Shown here piece by piece: positions 29,151-39,568 of a DNA stretch of 64,000 bases. The stretch is taken from the NCBI GenBank assembly GCA_040390065.1, contig JAZJZE010000011.1:64001-128000 (forward strand), read 5' to 3'. Within the stretch, counting starts at the first letter, position 1. Every line of letters begins with the position of its first letter. A model generated the notes under the pieces. The model did not search any database, was not told where the DNA came from, and was given only the letters and a program-made list of their open reading frames with translations. The position numbers and the translations under genes were made by a program. The DNA is from a bacterium (GTDB taxonomy: Archaea; Thermoplasmatota; E2; JACPAO01; JAHFTW01).

Positions 29151-31228
29151 GATGGTTGCCTCGATGCGTCAATGATGCGGATGTCAGTCGATGGGGGAAA
29201 GAATTCCTCGATTCGGGTGCGTAGGTTTCGGCTGCGGAAGCCCTGGCGGAAGGGCCCATAGGCACCCATTTCCTCGCCGTCCTTGCCGCCCTCGAGGATT
29301 GCCTTGTCGCAGTCCGTGAGGAGCTTGGCGTACAATGGGTGGCCCAATATCCTTGATTCGAAGAGTGGCCGCGGCGGCGACGCCTTACTTGCTGGGGCTG
29401 CGCCCGGGAGGCAGCCGGGACCTTGAACCGGACCTCCGGCGGCCTCAACGAATGAGTGGTCCATGGATCCGTAGGGCCGCAGGACGTAGGCACCGTCCGC
29501 GACGATGGATCCAGTGCATGCCTGCAACTCGACGGTGTGCACCTGCCCGAAGACCGTGCATTGCACAAGTTGAAGGGGGGCACCTTTAGAAGGGGGGCCG
29601 TTCGCCTGCGCTGGTCCACAGTACGCCGCCGAGCCGGCCCGGCCGAGACCCGCGTCGATGATGCTGCCCGAGGCCCGGACAGTGGCGCCGACGGCGGGCA
29701 GCTGGATTGGACCCACGACGCTGCGCTCCAGCTCCAGCTCGAGGTCGACCACGTGGATGCCCGTGATGGCGGGCGCCCGAACAGTACGGCCGCCGTGCAG
29801 CGTGCAGTGGTCGATGCGCACGCCAAGGCGGCCGGTCAGCACGAGTCCCGCCGAGATGGCAAGGCCTGCCAACGAAAGATTCGCGTCGCCGTCGTCTACG
29901 GAAATCTTCCATGGCGCGGCCCGACGCAGGGCGGGGCGGTCGCCGGGCGCCGCCTCGATTGTCAGTTCATCGCCCGGACGCAGCAAAATGTCGGGCACGG
30001 GGAAGAGCCCATTTCCCGCAACGCGGATGATGGCCTTGGACCCCCCGTCGGGGACCGCGTTGCGCCATGCGGCCAAGGCCGCGCGCAGGGACGAGACAAC
30101 GGGCCATGGCGGGGGTTCGTTCTCGTCTGGAGTTGCCTGCGAAACCGTGAAGCGGTGCGCGTCATCCATTTCCGGCCTCGCTTGGAAGTAGGACCCGCCC
30201 CCGATGGGTTCAGGCAACCCGACGCTGGCGTCGACGCGCAATCCCCCGGCCTCGCCGTCGGGGACCACGATGCGGCCGGTGCGGACATCGATGCCGAGAC
30301 GACACCGCGTCCGATGGGAGATGCCGTTGGCGTCCCTCCACGTCGCATGAGTGGGCGGTTTCCTCCAGGTTGTGAGGTCCATGGCCACGACGGATTCGGC
30401 CGGAAGCGGCGTGCCTTGCATCCGCACGGCCAGGCTTTGTCCAAGCCCGAAAAGGGTGCTAGCCGGCTTGGCGGCGCAGCGGACCTCGTCGAGGTCGCGT
30501 GCCAACTCCGACGGGTCGATGGCCCTGGGGACCGACATGGCCCCCGTAGCTGCGCCATTGTCCGCCGCGGTTGGCCTGACGAAGAGTGGGCGGTCGGTGC
30601 CATGAGGGTCGACGGTGAAGGCCCGGATGCCTGGTATGCCGGCGGGAGCAGGCTCGATGTCGTCCAGCGGGTAGCTGCGGACCGGCCAGCAGTACACCGT
30701 GACGCTGGCGGCCGTGTGATGCGCAGCTGGCGGTTCACCGGTGCGCAGGTCCGCGCTTTGCGCCCAGGGGCGAAACGGTTCCCCGCCCGCCCAGGGGGCC
30801 TGGCGCAGGTCGACGGTCGACGGCCGGGCTGCGCCCAGTATCGGCATGGCCGCGCGGGCCACGCGAGCGCGGCCTGGCACGACGTGGACCGTCCAACCGG
30901 TCAAAGTCCGCGCCAGTTCCGCAAGCATTGGGTACGTGGCGCGGCGGCGCTGGAACCAAACGGTCTTCGCGACATCACCACGCGGGCTCAGGCCCGCCGG
31001 TGGAAGGGGGCGGTTTCCTACAAGGTCGCCGATATAAGGCAAGGCCCAGTCGCGGCAGGTCTCCACGAAGAGGTCGTCCAGGAGGCGGTCGATGTCGCGC
31101 TTCAGGACCTCGGCCTCCTCGCTCAAGGTGCCAAGGAACGCAGCAAGGGCGCCGCCACCGTACGCGTCGTCGCGCCGGTACATGGCCGGCATCAGCTGGA
31201 ACAGGTCGAGGCCTGGGCTAGACGTCAT
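29147..31228 (-). CDS. eCIS baseplate/tail protein (P2 gpI-like N-terminus)
   Basis: LFQLMPAMYRRDD..LDDLFVETCRDWALPYIGDLVG..RGDVAKTV; IDVRTGRI; GEEMGAY..EEFFP. Confidence 0.82.
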   Translation of the reverse strand: MTSSPGLDLFQLMPAMYRRDDAYGGGALAAFLGTLSEEAEVLKRDIDRLLDDLFVETCRDWALPYIGDLVGNRPLPPAGLSPRGDVAKTVWFQRRRATYPMLAELARTLTGWTVHVVPGRARVARAAMPILGAARPSTVDLRQAPWAGGEPFRPWAQSADLRTGEPPAAHHTAASVTVYCWPVRSYPLDDIEPAPAGIPGIRAFTVDPHGTDRPLFVRPTAADNGAATGAMSVPRAIDPSELARDLDEVRCAAKPASTLFGLGQSLAVRMQGTPLPAESVVAMDLTTWRKPPTHATWRDANGISHRTRCRLGIDVRTGRIVVPDGEAGGLRVDASVGLPEPIGGGSYFQARPEMDDAHRFTVSQATPDENEPPPWPVVSSLRAALAAWRNAVPDGGSKAIIRVAGNGLFPVPDILLRPGDELTIEAAPGDRPALRRAAPWKISVDDGDANLSLAGLAISAGLVLTGRLGVRIDHCTLHGGRTVRAPAITGIHVVDLELELERSVVGPIQLPAVGATVRASGSIIDAGLGRAGSAAYCGPAQANGPPSKGAPLQLVQCTVFGQVHTVELQACTGSIVADGAYVLRPYGSMDHSFVEAAGGPVQGPGCLPGAAPASKASPPRPLFESRILGHPLYAKLLTDCDKAILEGGKDGEEMGAYGPFRQGFRSRNLRTRIEEFFPPSTDIRIIDASRQPS

Positions 31229-33602
31229 GTCGTGCCTCCGCCACATCCACGACGATTTCGCCAGCTGATGCGACTTGGTTGCCTTCGAATGCCAGCGCGC
31301 CCGACAAGGTCGGCTGCGCTGCTTCGTCCTTCCGGAACCGAGTAAGCTCGACGGATGCAACGCCAGTTACCCGTTGCAGGCAGGCCACCAGCCTGCTGGC
31401 GTGCAGGGGCTGCCCGACGTCGCTTCCCATCTCGGCAAACAGGCTCCGGATAGCGGCGACTCCGGCAGCCTGGACGCGCGCGCCTTCGCGGGCGTCTGTG
31501 ATGCGCAGGCGCGCCGTGACGGCGACGCGCACGAACTCGGGCGCGACGACTCGAACGGTGACCGTTGGGTCGCCCAACGCGTCTAGATAGGCGGCAACGG
31601 CCTGCTGAAGCTTCTTGTCCGGCTGAGGAGTGCCCGCGACGACGACCTCCACCACGCGGCGGCCGTCCACGAGGGTCGCGCTGGCGCGGGCGAGGCCGAT
31701 GCCGGCAAGGCGGCACGCCGCGTCCTCATAGTCGCGCAAGGAGACCAGTTGGCCAAGGGCGCGCACCGAACGTCCGGCCCGCCGCCGCACCGAAGACGTG
31801 TCCTCCGCGTCTGCTCCGCCGGCGCCACCGGCGACATTTCGTGCGCGCTGCAGCCGGGCTGGCGAATCAACGAGGGCGCAGACCTCGCCGGCAGCGACGT
31901 TTCCGGCCCTTCCCAACCCAACGCGGTAGCGGGCTTCGATGGTCGTGCCGCCGGGTGGCCGCATACCGTGGCGACCGTCGCCGAAGAGGATGGTGGTTCG
32001 ACCATCCGCGTCAACGCGGGAGGCGTACGCTTGATCCATTGCACCGGCGAGGGCGAGAGAGGCCATGGGGCGCCATGTCCTGCCGTCGACGCGGACCTCC
32101 AAGGTACTGGCCCTGGCTTCGCCGCCCCTGGCGAGGTGGGTGAGGTTTGGATGCCCGAGACGTAATGCCACCGGTCCCTCCACGGGAGCTAGCCACTTTT
32201 CCGGCGCAACGGATTCGCCGTGCGTCGCGGAAACTAGATTCCCGGTCAGGGTCACGCTGGCCGCCTCCAGGTCTTCCGGAGGGCCTTCCGCGAGCCTGAC
32301 GAGCCCAGGCTTGAGTCCAGGCTCCGGTGCCACGACGCGCACGACGCTGCTCCAGGTCTCCCCCGGGCGATCAGCGAATGCACCGGCAAGCAGGACATCG
32401 GTTCCAACAGGTATCATGACCGGCGTCGCCAGGCGCAGCACCGTCAGCCCTTTCTTGACGGGGTCGTACCGCGGCAGCAAGACGAGGTCCCCAGGGTCCA
32501 TGAAAATGCGCGCTACGCCGGCCCTCACCGCGTGCGGCTGCGTGTCCACAGCGCGGGTGAGGTCCAAGACGTGTACGGAAATCGGAGCAAGGTCTGTCGG
32601 GCCGCGGGTCAGCATGTGCTGGCCCACGCAATGCCAGCTTGGGGCCGCAGCATCTTCCTCGCTGACCGCGACCCACGGACACGCGAGCGGGAGGTCGAAG
32701 CGGCCGTCGACAATGAATCTGGACAAGCCAGCGTCAGGGGGCGGCACCCTTGGCGGGGCCGGCGGCGCCACCGGTGTGGCCGACACGGTGTACTTGCGGT
32801 CCGTCCCACCTGACTGGATACGGACTTCGACTGGCGGCGGCGGAGCCGGAGGCGAGTAGGTCGCAACCGTACGGCGGAACCGCAGGACACGAAGGCCATC
32901 TGCGCAGTCTGCAACGAAGTCGTCAGCAAACGGTTCGTCCCATTTAATCGTCGTCGAATTGGCGCCCTCCGTCGCGCTCGAGACCACGCGAAGCTGGCCT
33001 CTGGCCCAGTCGAGATTGATTGGGAGAAACAGGAGCGGCTCCCCGCCCTGCAGCGTCAGGCGGCTGCCCTTAATGACGAGCGACAGCGCCGGGCGGCCCT
33101 CGGGGTCGCGCGCCAGCGGAGGCGTGGGGGCGAGCGCCATGCTGGCGAAGCGGTCGTCGGCGACGGCGTCCTCAGAGGTCTCGAAGACCTTCGCTGGGAT
33201 CCCATCCTTGGCCTTCGACTGCACCCTCGTGCCTGCCCGCACGTTCGATGTCGCGCCCTTCTCGGGCTGCAGGGCCACGATGGTGCGGGCAGCCGTTCCG
33301 GGGGCGGGCTCGTAACCAACCTGTCGGGCCAATCGCAGCACGGACTCGGGCTCCTGGGCGGTTCGAATGTAGGACTCGTTGGCGATGCGCTCCTGATAGA
33401 AGGCCACGAGGTCGGCGACTTCCGCCCAGAGGTCGACGACGGCAACGGCGAAATCGTCGCCGCGGCCGACGGTGAGACCCTGCAGAGGTTGCTCGTCGGG
33501 ACCGGTCTTGAACGAATGTAGCCGCCTCCGCATGGAGCGGCGGATGGAGGCGGCGTCGCCCGGGCGGCGAGCCAGTTCGTCGAGACGGGCACGAAGGTCC
33601 AT
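31218..33602 (-). CDS. Baseplate assembly protein J-like (second copy)
   Basis: FYQERIANESYIRTAQE..LARQVGYEPAPG; GNLVSATHGE; FGDGRHGMRPP..YRVGLGRAGNV; LVSLRDYED. Confidence 0.88.
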   Translation of the reverse strand: MDLRARLDELARRPGDAASIRRSMRRRLHSFKTGPDEQPLQGLTVGRGDDFAVAVVDLWAEVADLVAFYQERIANESYIRTAQEPESVLRLARQVGYEPAPGTAARTIVALQPEKGATSNVRAGTRVQSKAKDGIPAKVFETSEDAVADDRFASMALAPTPPLARDPEGRPALSLVIKGSRLTLQGGEPLLFLPINLDWARGQLRVVSSATEGANSTTIKWDEPFADDFVADCADGLRVLRFRRTVATYSPPAPPPPVEVRIQSGGTDRKYTVSATPVAPPAPPRVPPPDAGLSRFIVDGRFDLPLACPWVAVSEEDAAAPSWHCVGQHMLTRGPTDLAPISVHVLDLTRAVDTQPHAVRAGVARIFMDPGDLVLLPRYDPVKKGLTVLRLATPVMIPVGTDVLLAGAFADRPGETWSSVVRVVAPEPGLKPGLVRLAEGPPEDLEAASVTLTGNLVSATHGESVAPEKWLAPVEGPVALRLGHPNLTHLARGGEARASTLEVRVDGRTWRPMASLALAGAMDQAYASRVDADGRTTILFGDGRHGMRPPGGTTIEARYRVGLGRAGNVAAGEVCALVDSPARLQRARNVAGGAGGADAEDTSSVRRRAGRSVRALGQLVSLRDYEDAACRLAGIGLARASATLVDGRRVVEVVVAGTPQPDKKLQQAVAAYLDALGDPTVTVRVVAPEFVRVAVTARLRITDAREGARVQAAGVAAIRSLFAEMGSDVGQPLHASRLVACLQRVTGVASVELTRFRKDEAAQPTLSGALAFEGNQVASAGEIVVDVAEARHDV

Positions 33603-36004
33603 CACGAGGATTCCCCCTCCGGCCGCACGACCAGTCCGTCGGCCCTTCCTTCCAGGCTTCCCTCCAGGACGAGGATTTCGTCCTCCCCCGCGCTTAGGTG
33701 GTCGCGGATTCCAGATCTGCCGGCGATGTCGAAGCGCGTCGCACGGCACGCAACGACGCCGCCTACGCCATGCGCCGTGACGTAGACCTGGCTGAGGGCG
33801 ATCTCGTTGCGAAACGCCCAAGCTTCCGGCCCCATTGGTGCCTTGGGCGCAAGGAGTGCACGCCGGACGGCATCGCAGACGTCCCGGGCATGATGCCCTG
33901 GCGCCACGACGATTGACACGTGGACCTCGTAGGGCATCCATGCCGGCGGACGGACGTGGACTCTGGTGCCGACGGGGACCACCCCGTCCAGCCACTCGGC
34001 GACGGACTTACACAGTTCGTTGGGCTTGGCGCGCCAGGGATCCTTGCCGAGAACAGCGATCCGCGCCGTCTGGCCGGCGCCGTCGAACACCAGGTCGGCG
34101 GCGGCGGCCTGTACCCGGGGATGGCTCAGGGCCTGCCGTCCAAGGCCGGCTCCATCAATTGCAAACAGGGTCTCCGTACGGAACCACAAGGGCGCAAGGG
34201 CACGCACCTCGTCGAGAGGCTGCGAATCCGTACCGCCGCGAGCTGCTATGGGGTTGCGCACCGCCGGACAGCGGTCTGGCCCCGCCTTGAGTTCCAACCC
34301 ACCCGGTTGTGCCATGATGTGGACGAGGGCATCGGCTCCGAGGTTGCCGGCGGCGCCCATGCCGATGCTGTACCTGCAAATGACACGGTCGCCGGGGGCG
34401 GGCGCGCGGCCGAGCTCGCCGTCGCCGAAGCGCAGGACCGAATGCCCGTCCTCCTCTGACTCGACGGTGAAGTGATTGTCGAACGGGCCGCTGTCGAAGA
34501 GGTGGCGGCGCCACGTCCAGATGCGTTCCCGGCCCGCGTGCTTGGTCGTAAGGTGGACGATGGGCTGAGCCCGATGCGGGGGCGCGTCGAATACGTCCGC
34601 GACGCTGGCCCACGGGTCGAGCGGCACGGCCTGGCTGAGGGGCCCGGTCCCCAACGGCAGTGGCGAGGCGGAATACAGGCCATCGCTCGTCTGGCCGGGA
34701 CGGCCTTGGTCGGCGACGACGAGGTTGCCCGAGGCGACGGCGGTGTGGATGCGCTGGCCGTCCGGCGTGCGCGTCACGACGTCGAGGGCGCGTGGCAGGC
34801 GATCGGCCAAGTCCCAGTGAACGGCCGTCAGCGGGCGTCGGGTCACGGGGTCGTAGGACGGCTCGACGCGCCTTACGCGCACCACCCAACGGAAGAGCGC
34901 CCCCGCCTCCCCCGCGGCCGTATCTTCCGAAGCAATTTCCTCCAGGAGAAGTAGGCTGCCGGGTTGGATGACTGCCAGCCAGTCACCGTCGAGGTCGACG
35001 GACGTGGCTCCGGCCGGCAGGTTACACGTGTCCATGCCCCAGTCGTAGATGTCGAAGTCATTGGCTTGCGGCACGAGCCGGACGGCCTGGGCGGTCCGGA
35101 AAGCGACGAGGTCCCGGCGGTCTTCAAGCAGCTTGAACTGTTCCTCGGTCACAGCGGCACCGCGGATGCCCGCGCGCTCCTCGGCGTTGCCGGCGAGGGC
35201 GTTGAAGGCAATGGTACCCGCGGGAAGTGTTGCCTCCGCGTCCACCCGGACCTGCAGGATCGTCCGTGCGCTGATTCCGTCGTGCATTTGGTAATCGAGG
35301 AGTCGGGCGTGGCGCCGGACCGACGACCGCCGCATCGCGGTTTCCAGGCTCGCCTCCCCAGCCACGGCATCCTGGTAGAAACTGAGCTGGTCCGCCGCAT
35401 GTGCAAGGATCTCGATGATGGCCATGCCGACGTCGGCCTCGCGCCGTTCGGACCAGCCGGGCAAGGTTTGGCGAAGGCGGTCGAGCAGGGCCTTGCGAAA
35501 GCCGGCATAATCGCGTGACGCAGGCACGAGGGTCGGCGCGGGGGGGCGGCGGGCGTCTAGCTCGGCCAGCCGTGGTTCGCCGACCCCTCCGGCCGCGTGG
35601 TCGAAGGCGATGGGCACCACGGAATACGCCGGGTCCGCCTGGGCCCATCGTCCGCTGCTCGTTGGCAAGGTTCCAATGCGTACGCGGTAGCTCGCGCCTG
35701 CGTCGAGTCCGGAAACCCGGGCCATCAGGTCGTCGGCGTCGATGCGGACGGTCTCCACCTTCGGGTGAGGCAACAACGGGTCGGTCGCTTCCACGGTGAC
35801 CCCGCCTGGATGGGAGGCCAGCCATTGGAGGCCGCGTCGCGCCGGCGGCGCCTGCACGTCGCCGAGGAGATGAATGCGCACCAAGTATCGGCCGCCATCC
35901 GTCGGCGAAGCCGTCGCAAAGTCGAGGCCGATTGCCCGCTTTCCGGTTGCGACCTCCGCTCGGCGTTTATCGTCATCACCGGCCAGGTCCTGAAAGGGCG
36001 TCAC
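33602..36004 (-). CDS. Baseplate assembly protein J-like (first copy)
   Basis: RDYAGFRKALLDRL..ADVGMAIIEILAHAADQLSFYQDAVAGEASLETAMRRSSVRRHARLLDY; LRFGDGELG. Confidence 0.9.
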   Translation of the reverse strand: MTPFQDLAGDDDKRRAEVATGKRAIGLDFATASPTDGGRYLVRIHLLGDVQAPPARRGLQWLASHPGGVTVEATDPLLPHPKVETVRIDADDLMARVSGLDAGASYRVRIGTLPTSSGRWAQADPAYSVVPIAFDHAAGGVGEPRLAELDARRPPAPTLVPASRDYAGFRKALLDRLRQTLPGWSERREADVGMAIIEILAHAADQLSFYQDAVAGEASLETAMRRSSVRRHARLLDYQMHDGISARTILQVRVDAEATLPAGTIAFNALAGNAEERAGIRGAAVTEEQFKLLEDRRDLVAFRTAQAVRLVPQANDFDIYDWGMDTCNLPAGATSVDLDGDWLAVIQPGSLLLLEEIASEDTAAGEAGALFRWVVRVRRVEPSYDPVTRRPLTAVHWDLADRLPRALDVVTRTPDGQRIHTAVASGNLVVADQGRPGQTSDGLYSASPLPLGTGPLSQAVPLDPWASVADVFDAPPHRAQPIVHLTTKHAGRERIWTWRRHLFDSGPFDNHFTVESEEDGHSVLRFGDGELGRAPAPGDRVICRYSIGMGAAGNLGADALVHIMAQPGGLELKAGPDRCPAVRNPIAARGGTDSQPLDEVRALAPLWFRTETLFAIDGAGLGRQALSHPRVQAAAADLVFDGAGQTARIAVLGKDPWRAKPNELCKSVAEWLDGVVPVGTRVHVRPPAWMPYEVHVSIVVAPGHHARDVCDAVRRALLAPKAPMGPEAWAFRNEIALSQVYVTAHGVGGVVACRATRFDIAGRSGIRDHLSAGEDEILVLEGSLEGRADGLVVRPEGESS

Positions 36005-36378
36005 TGGCCACCCCCCTCAGGCCGCCCGGCGTCGAAGCGCAGTCGCTCGGCGTCGCCGGTTCGGCGGATTCGGTATGCGACGTCCACCACCAACTTCTCC
36101 CCCGGGTTGGTGATGCGCACGTCATCGACCGTGATGATGTCGCCGAGCCATCGGTCGAGGGCTCCGATGACAAGCACGCGCGTCGCTGCGGCCAGGGCGT
36201 CGCTGTTGGGCGCGAAAACCAAGCGATCCAGGCCGCAGCCGAATTCCGGCAGGTTGACGCGCTCCCCCGGCGCCGTGAAGAGGACCTGCCGGACCATTTG
36301 CGCCACGTGCTGGTCAGGGCCGGCCCTAGCCGTACGCCCGGACGAATCCACGTGGAAGGGGTGGCTCACTTGGGCCAT
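36001..36378 (-). CDS. GPW/gp25 family baseplate protein
   Basis: HVAQMVRQVLFTAPGERVNLPEFGCGLDRLVFAPN. Confidence 0.92.
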   Translation of the reverse strand: MAQVSHPFHVDSSGRTARAGPDQHVAQMVRQVLFTAPGERVNLPEFGCGLDRLVFAPNSDALAAATRVLVIGALDRWLGDIITVDDVRITNPGEKLVVDVAYRIRRTGDAERLRFDAGRPEGGGQ

Positions 36379-36379
36379 A

Positions 36380-36712
36380 CTACGTCGCCTCCACCATCGG
36401 CTGCACGCCCGCTACAAGGGCGGGGACGGGCGGGCCCCCCGCCTCGGAGATGCAGATGCCGATGCTCGTCTGCAGCAGGACGGGTCGGCCGAGAACGTGC
36501 GTTCGAATGGACGGGTTTGTCCACACAATGGTCGTGCAGGGGGCGGGCTTCGGCCCCAGGGTGAAGGTGCATCCCAGCACGTTCCATCGGTCGCCAAAGA
36601 CGAGCGCAGGGCTGCCGGCCACGAGCACGCGCGTGTTTGTGTTGACGGGCATGCCGACGCCGCCGTGCGGGCACTGCACGGTGCAGCCAAGTTGCAGGAT
36701 TGGAGCTGCCAT
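36380..36712 (-). CDS. PAAR-like spike-tip protein (DUF4280-like)
   Basis: GCTVQCPHGG..GCTF..PCTTIVW..GRPVLLQTSIGIC; start overlaps the spike gene stop. Confidence 0.82.
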   Translation of the reverse strand: MAAPILQLGCTVQCPHGGVGMPVNTNTRVLVAGSPALVFGDRWNVLGCTFTLGPKPAPCTTIVWTNPSIRTHVLGRPVLLQTSIGICISEAGGPPVPALVAGVQPMVEAT

Positions 36713-37326
36713 CAGAAGACCTCCAATGCGCCGCCATTGATGCACGTCGATGCGGGACCGACCTCGACCGACTGGGTTCCGGCCCGGATCGCAATCGAGG
36801 ACGCCTGGAGGGTTACCGTCTTGTCGCCCTTGGAGATCTCGACGGAGGCTGCGGACATGGTCACCTTCTGGCCGTGGCTGTCCTCGATTTGGATGCCATC
36901 CGTGTCCAACCGCACCTTCTGCCCGTTTGCATCCGTCACCGTGACGGACTTGCCGTCGTCGTCGAATGCCAGGCTGTGACCTGATTGCGTCTTCAGGATG
37001 CGCAGAGTGGTCGGGGCCGCCTGGGGAACCTGGCCATCCCCCCACCAGCAGCCGGACCAGATGGGGCGGGAGGGGTCGCCCGCTTCGAACTCAATCCAGA
37101 CCCCGGACCCCGGTTCAGGGATGGTGAATAGCCCGACCCCGTCACCGGCGTACGGCATGCAGGGGTAGGCCCAGCCAGATGGGTGGTCGCCGAGCACCTC
37201 CGGGACGCGCGCGCGCAGGCGGCCGCGGCCGGATGGGTCCTGGTTGTCCGTTACGAGCCCTCGGTACTTGCCGAAGTGCCGTACGGCTTCAGGGCCATCC
37301 AGGGACTGTGTCATGATCCTGCTCAT
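36712..37326 (-). CDS. Phage baseplate assembly protein V / gp5-like spike (OB-fold)
   Basis: FGKYRGLVTDNQDPSGRGRLRARVPEV..GWAYPCMPYAG..PEPGSGVWIEFEAGDPSRPIWSGCWW. Confidence 0.92.
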   Translation of the reverse strand: MSRIMTQSLDGPEAVRHFGKYRGLVTDNQDPSGRGRLRARVPEVLGDHPSGWAYPCMPYAGDGVGLFTIPEPGSGVWIEFEAGDPSRPIWSGCWWGDGQVPQAAPTTLRILKTQSGHSLAFDDDGKSVTVTDANGQKVRLDTDGIQIEDSHGQKVTMSAASVEISKGDKTVTLQASSIAIRAGTQSVEVGPASTCINGGALEVF

Positions 37327-38414
37327 GGCGACACCTCGCGGGCGCGAAGCGCGTTGCGTGATAGCGTGAACCAAACGCGGTACCCGGTTTGCTCGAAGAG
37401 GTGCGTGACCGTTTCGACGTAGTACGTGCCGCTGAACCGTTCGCCCACTCCCCGCAAAGCCACCGTGCGGTGGGCGCGCAGGACGGCGCGGTAGACGGCC
37501 GGCTCCAGTTCGCCTTCGGCGGTGAGCGAGACGGCGGACACGTCGACCGTGGCCTGCGCCCAGCGGCGCAGCTCGGCCTGGTCGACCAATCCGGATCTGG
37601 AGAGGAGCATGGTGCGCGCGGCGCCACCGATGAGTGTCGACTCTTCGCCGAGTGCGGGGCGCGAGGTGCGGTCCTGTGCGCCCTCCTGAACTTCGAGGGT
37701 TGCAATGCGAATTGACCGTGCCGTCGCCGCCGCCGGGCGCAGCAGATCATGCCGGATGCGTAGCGACAGAAGGGAGCTCGCTTCTCCGCGAGCCATCTGA
37801 AGAACGCCTTGCGGGCGTGCGTCAAATGCCGGCGCGTGGAAGTGCCCCTTGATGGTGCCCGAGGAGGGGTCTTTCTCGACGTAGCATTCGAAGCCGTTTC
37901 GCGTCGCCAGTTGGCGTAGGAACTGCAAATCGGTGCCATGCTGTGTGGTCACACGCTCGGTCGCGGGCTGCGCGGCTTCGGTCTCGTTGACCACGGGATC
38001 CATTTGGGCTGCCCTGAAGATGGCCGCAGCGATGTCGCCATCCGTCCGGTCGGGCCAAGGCCGGGCCTTGTCCTCGAGCTGCAGGCGCACGGAAGGGTCC
38101 ATGCATGTCACCTCGACCGAGCAGAGCCCGGTTTCGCGCGGGAAGGCGACCTGGACATCGACGACGTGGCCATGGAATATGCTTTCGAAGGTGCGCCCGA
38201 TTTGGGCCTCGACATCGACTTGCGCGAGCCTGCCCATACGCCCGCCTTCCAGGAGAGCCCACACGGGATCCGCTCCGTTCGCGTCGGCGGCAAACGTTAG
38301 GCGAGCCATGGAGGTCAAGCGCGACTGGTCCTCGACCTCGACGCTTGTAAGCGATGATGTGGCCTCATCGTCCAGCGGCTGGCCTTCAAGCAGGACTCGG
38401 TAGCCGACGCGCAA
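37323..38414 (-). CDS. Phage late control D / gp27-like baseplate hub
   Basis: IFHGHV..CMDPSVRL..WPDRTDGDIAAAIF..QHGTDLQFLRQLATRNGFECYV..FSGTYYVETVTH. Confidence 0.88.
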   Translation of the reverse strand: MRVGYRVLLEGQPLDDEATSSLTSVEVEDQSRLTSMARLTFAADANGADPVWALLEGGRMGRLAQVDVEAQIGRTFESIFHGHVVDVQVAFPRETGLCSVEVTCMDPSVRLQLEDKARPWPDRTDGDIAAAIFRAAQMDPVVNETEAAQPATERVTTQHGTDLQFLRQLATRNGFECYVEKDPSSGTIKGHFHAPAFDARPQGVLQMARGEASSLLSLRIRHDLLRPAAATARSIRIATLEVQEGAQDRTSRPALGEESTLIGGAARTMLLSRSGLVDQAELRRWAQATVDVSAVSLTAEGELEPAVYRAVLRAHRTVALRGVGERFSGTYYVETVTHLFEQTGYRVWFTLSRNALRAREVSP

Positions 38415-38416
38415 GG

Positions 38417-38707
38417 CTACCGCCCCCCGCGCGGGATGTGCAGCCGGCGCCCTTCGCCAGCAAGGTCACCAGGCCAGAGCGCAGCGTTCGCGTCGGCGAT
38501 GCGCCACCACTGCGTGGGGTCGGCCATGAACCGTTGAGCTATGTGGTCGAGGCGCTCGCCGGGGGCCACCATGTGCTGTTCCTGGTGGCCGTCGAGTGGG
38601 GGGCGCCGGAACCGGATCCCGGGATACGGGTGCTCTTGGCCGTCCTCATCCATGTATCCAAGCTCCGCAACGCCATGGTAGCGGCTCTCCTTACCAACGC
38701 CCTTCAC
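38417..38707 (-). CDS. LysM-domain baseplate protein
   Basis: HMVAPGERLDHIAQRFMADPTQWWRIADAN. Confidence 0.88.
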   Translation of the reverse strand: MKGVGKESRYHGVAELGYMDEDGQEHPYPGIRFRRPPLDGHQEQHMVAPGERLDHIAQRFMADPTQWWRIADANAALWPGDLAGEGRRLHIPRGGR

Positions 38708-39381
38708 TGGGGAAGCACCCCCGCGACGTACCTGGTGCCATCGGAGGAGTACGGCTGGCCGGCCACAATCTCCCGGTTGCGCACGTGGCCGCGGAAGGCC
38801 AAATGGCCAATCCCTTGGGCGGCAAGCTCGCGACCGCTGAGCATCTCGAGGTTCAAGGAGACCTCCACGAGGAGGGGGTTGAAGCGGGCGTCATGGAGTG
38901 TCTCCTCGGCCGCAACGTCCAAGACCTTCACTGGAACGACGCGGTTCGGCCCCAGGACGAGCAGGACGAGGGGCACGTGGAAGGCAAACGGGTTGACGTG
39001 CCCCTGGGAGGCTTCGGACCTGGCGCGCTCTAGTTCGTCGCTCGACGGAGACACGAGCATCTGTAATCGCGCCAGTGCGGGCAGCATCCCGAAACGCGAG
39101 ACGCCGTCCCCGTTGTTCGATGTCTCTTTCAGCTCCGCGGCGTCGAGGCGGATGCGCAGGCTGATGGTCTCGGACGGAGGGCCGGCCACGCGCAGGGAGT
39201 CCTGCGGCGACTCCTGCGATCCAGCGGAGTCGTTGCGTCGGACCGACCAACTGACGGTGTCCGGATTGTATTGGAACGGCATGACCGTGGGCGGGGTGCC
39301 TGGCTTGTCGACCACGTACGTGACGAGGGCACCCTTGACGAGGGCAAGGTGCTTTGGGGAGTCCACGGACATTGGGGACAT
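38704..39381 (-). CDS. CIS tube-initiator / tube-like protein
   Basis: KGALV..FQYNPDTVS..GPPSETISLRIRLDA..LVLGPNRVVPV..EETLHDARFNP. Confidence 0.8.
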   Translation of the reverse strand: MSPMSVDSPKHLALVKGALVTYVVDKPGTPPTVMPFQYNPDTVSWSVRRNDSAGSQESPQDSLRVAGPPSETISLRIRLDAAELKETSNNGDGVSRFGMLPALARLQMLVSPSSDELERARSEASQGHVNPFAFHVPLVLLVLGPNRVVPVKVLDVAAEETLHDARFNPLLVEVSLNLEMLSGRELAAQGIGHLAFRGHVRNREIVAGQPYSSDGTRYVAGVLPQ

Positions 39382-39563
39382 CACGTCCCTCCACGCTGGC
39401 GGCGGCCGGCGCTCAGTACGGACGTTGTAACGGCGTGCGTGATGGCCGCCCTGGCGTGGGTGGGCCCGCCGTCGCGCAGGGCCGACGCAACCGCCTTTGC
39501 CACCGCGCGCTGCATGTCGCTCTTGCCCGCCCCGTAGGCCACCCGGATTTGGCCGATGCGCAC
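39381..39563 (-). CDS. Small hypothetical eCIS protein (60 aa)
   Basis: Fills the gap between ATPase and tube initiator; its TGA overlaps the next ATG. Confidence 0.55.
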   Translation of the reverse strand: MRIGQIRVAYGAGKSDMQRAVAKAVASALRDGGPTHARAAITHAVTTSVLSAGRRQRGGT

Positions 39564-39568
39564 TCGGG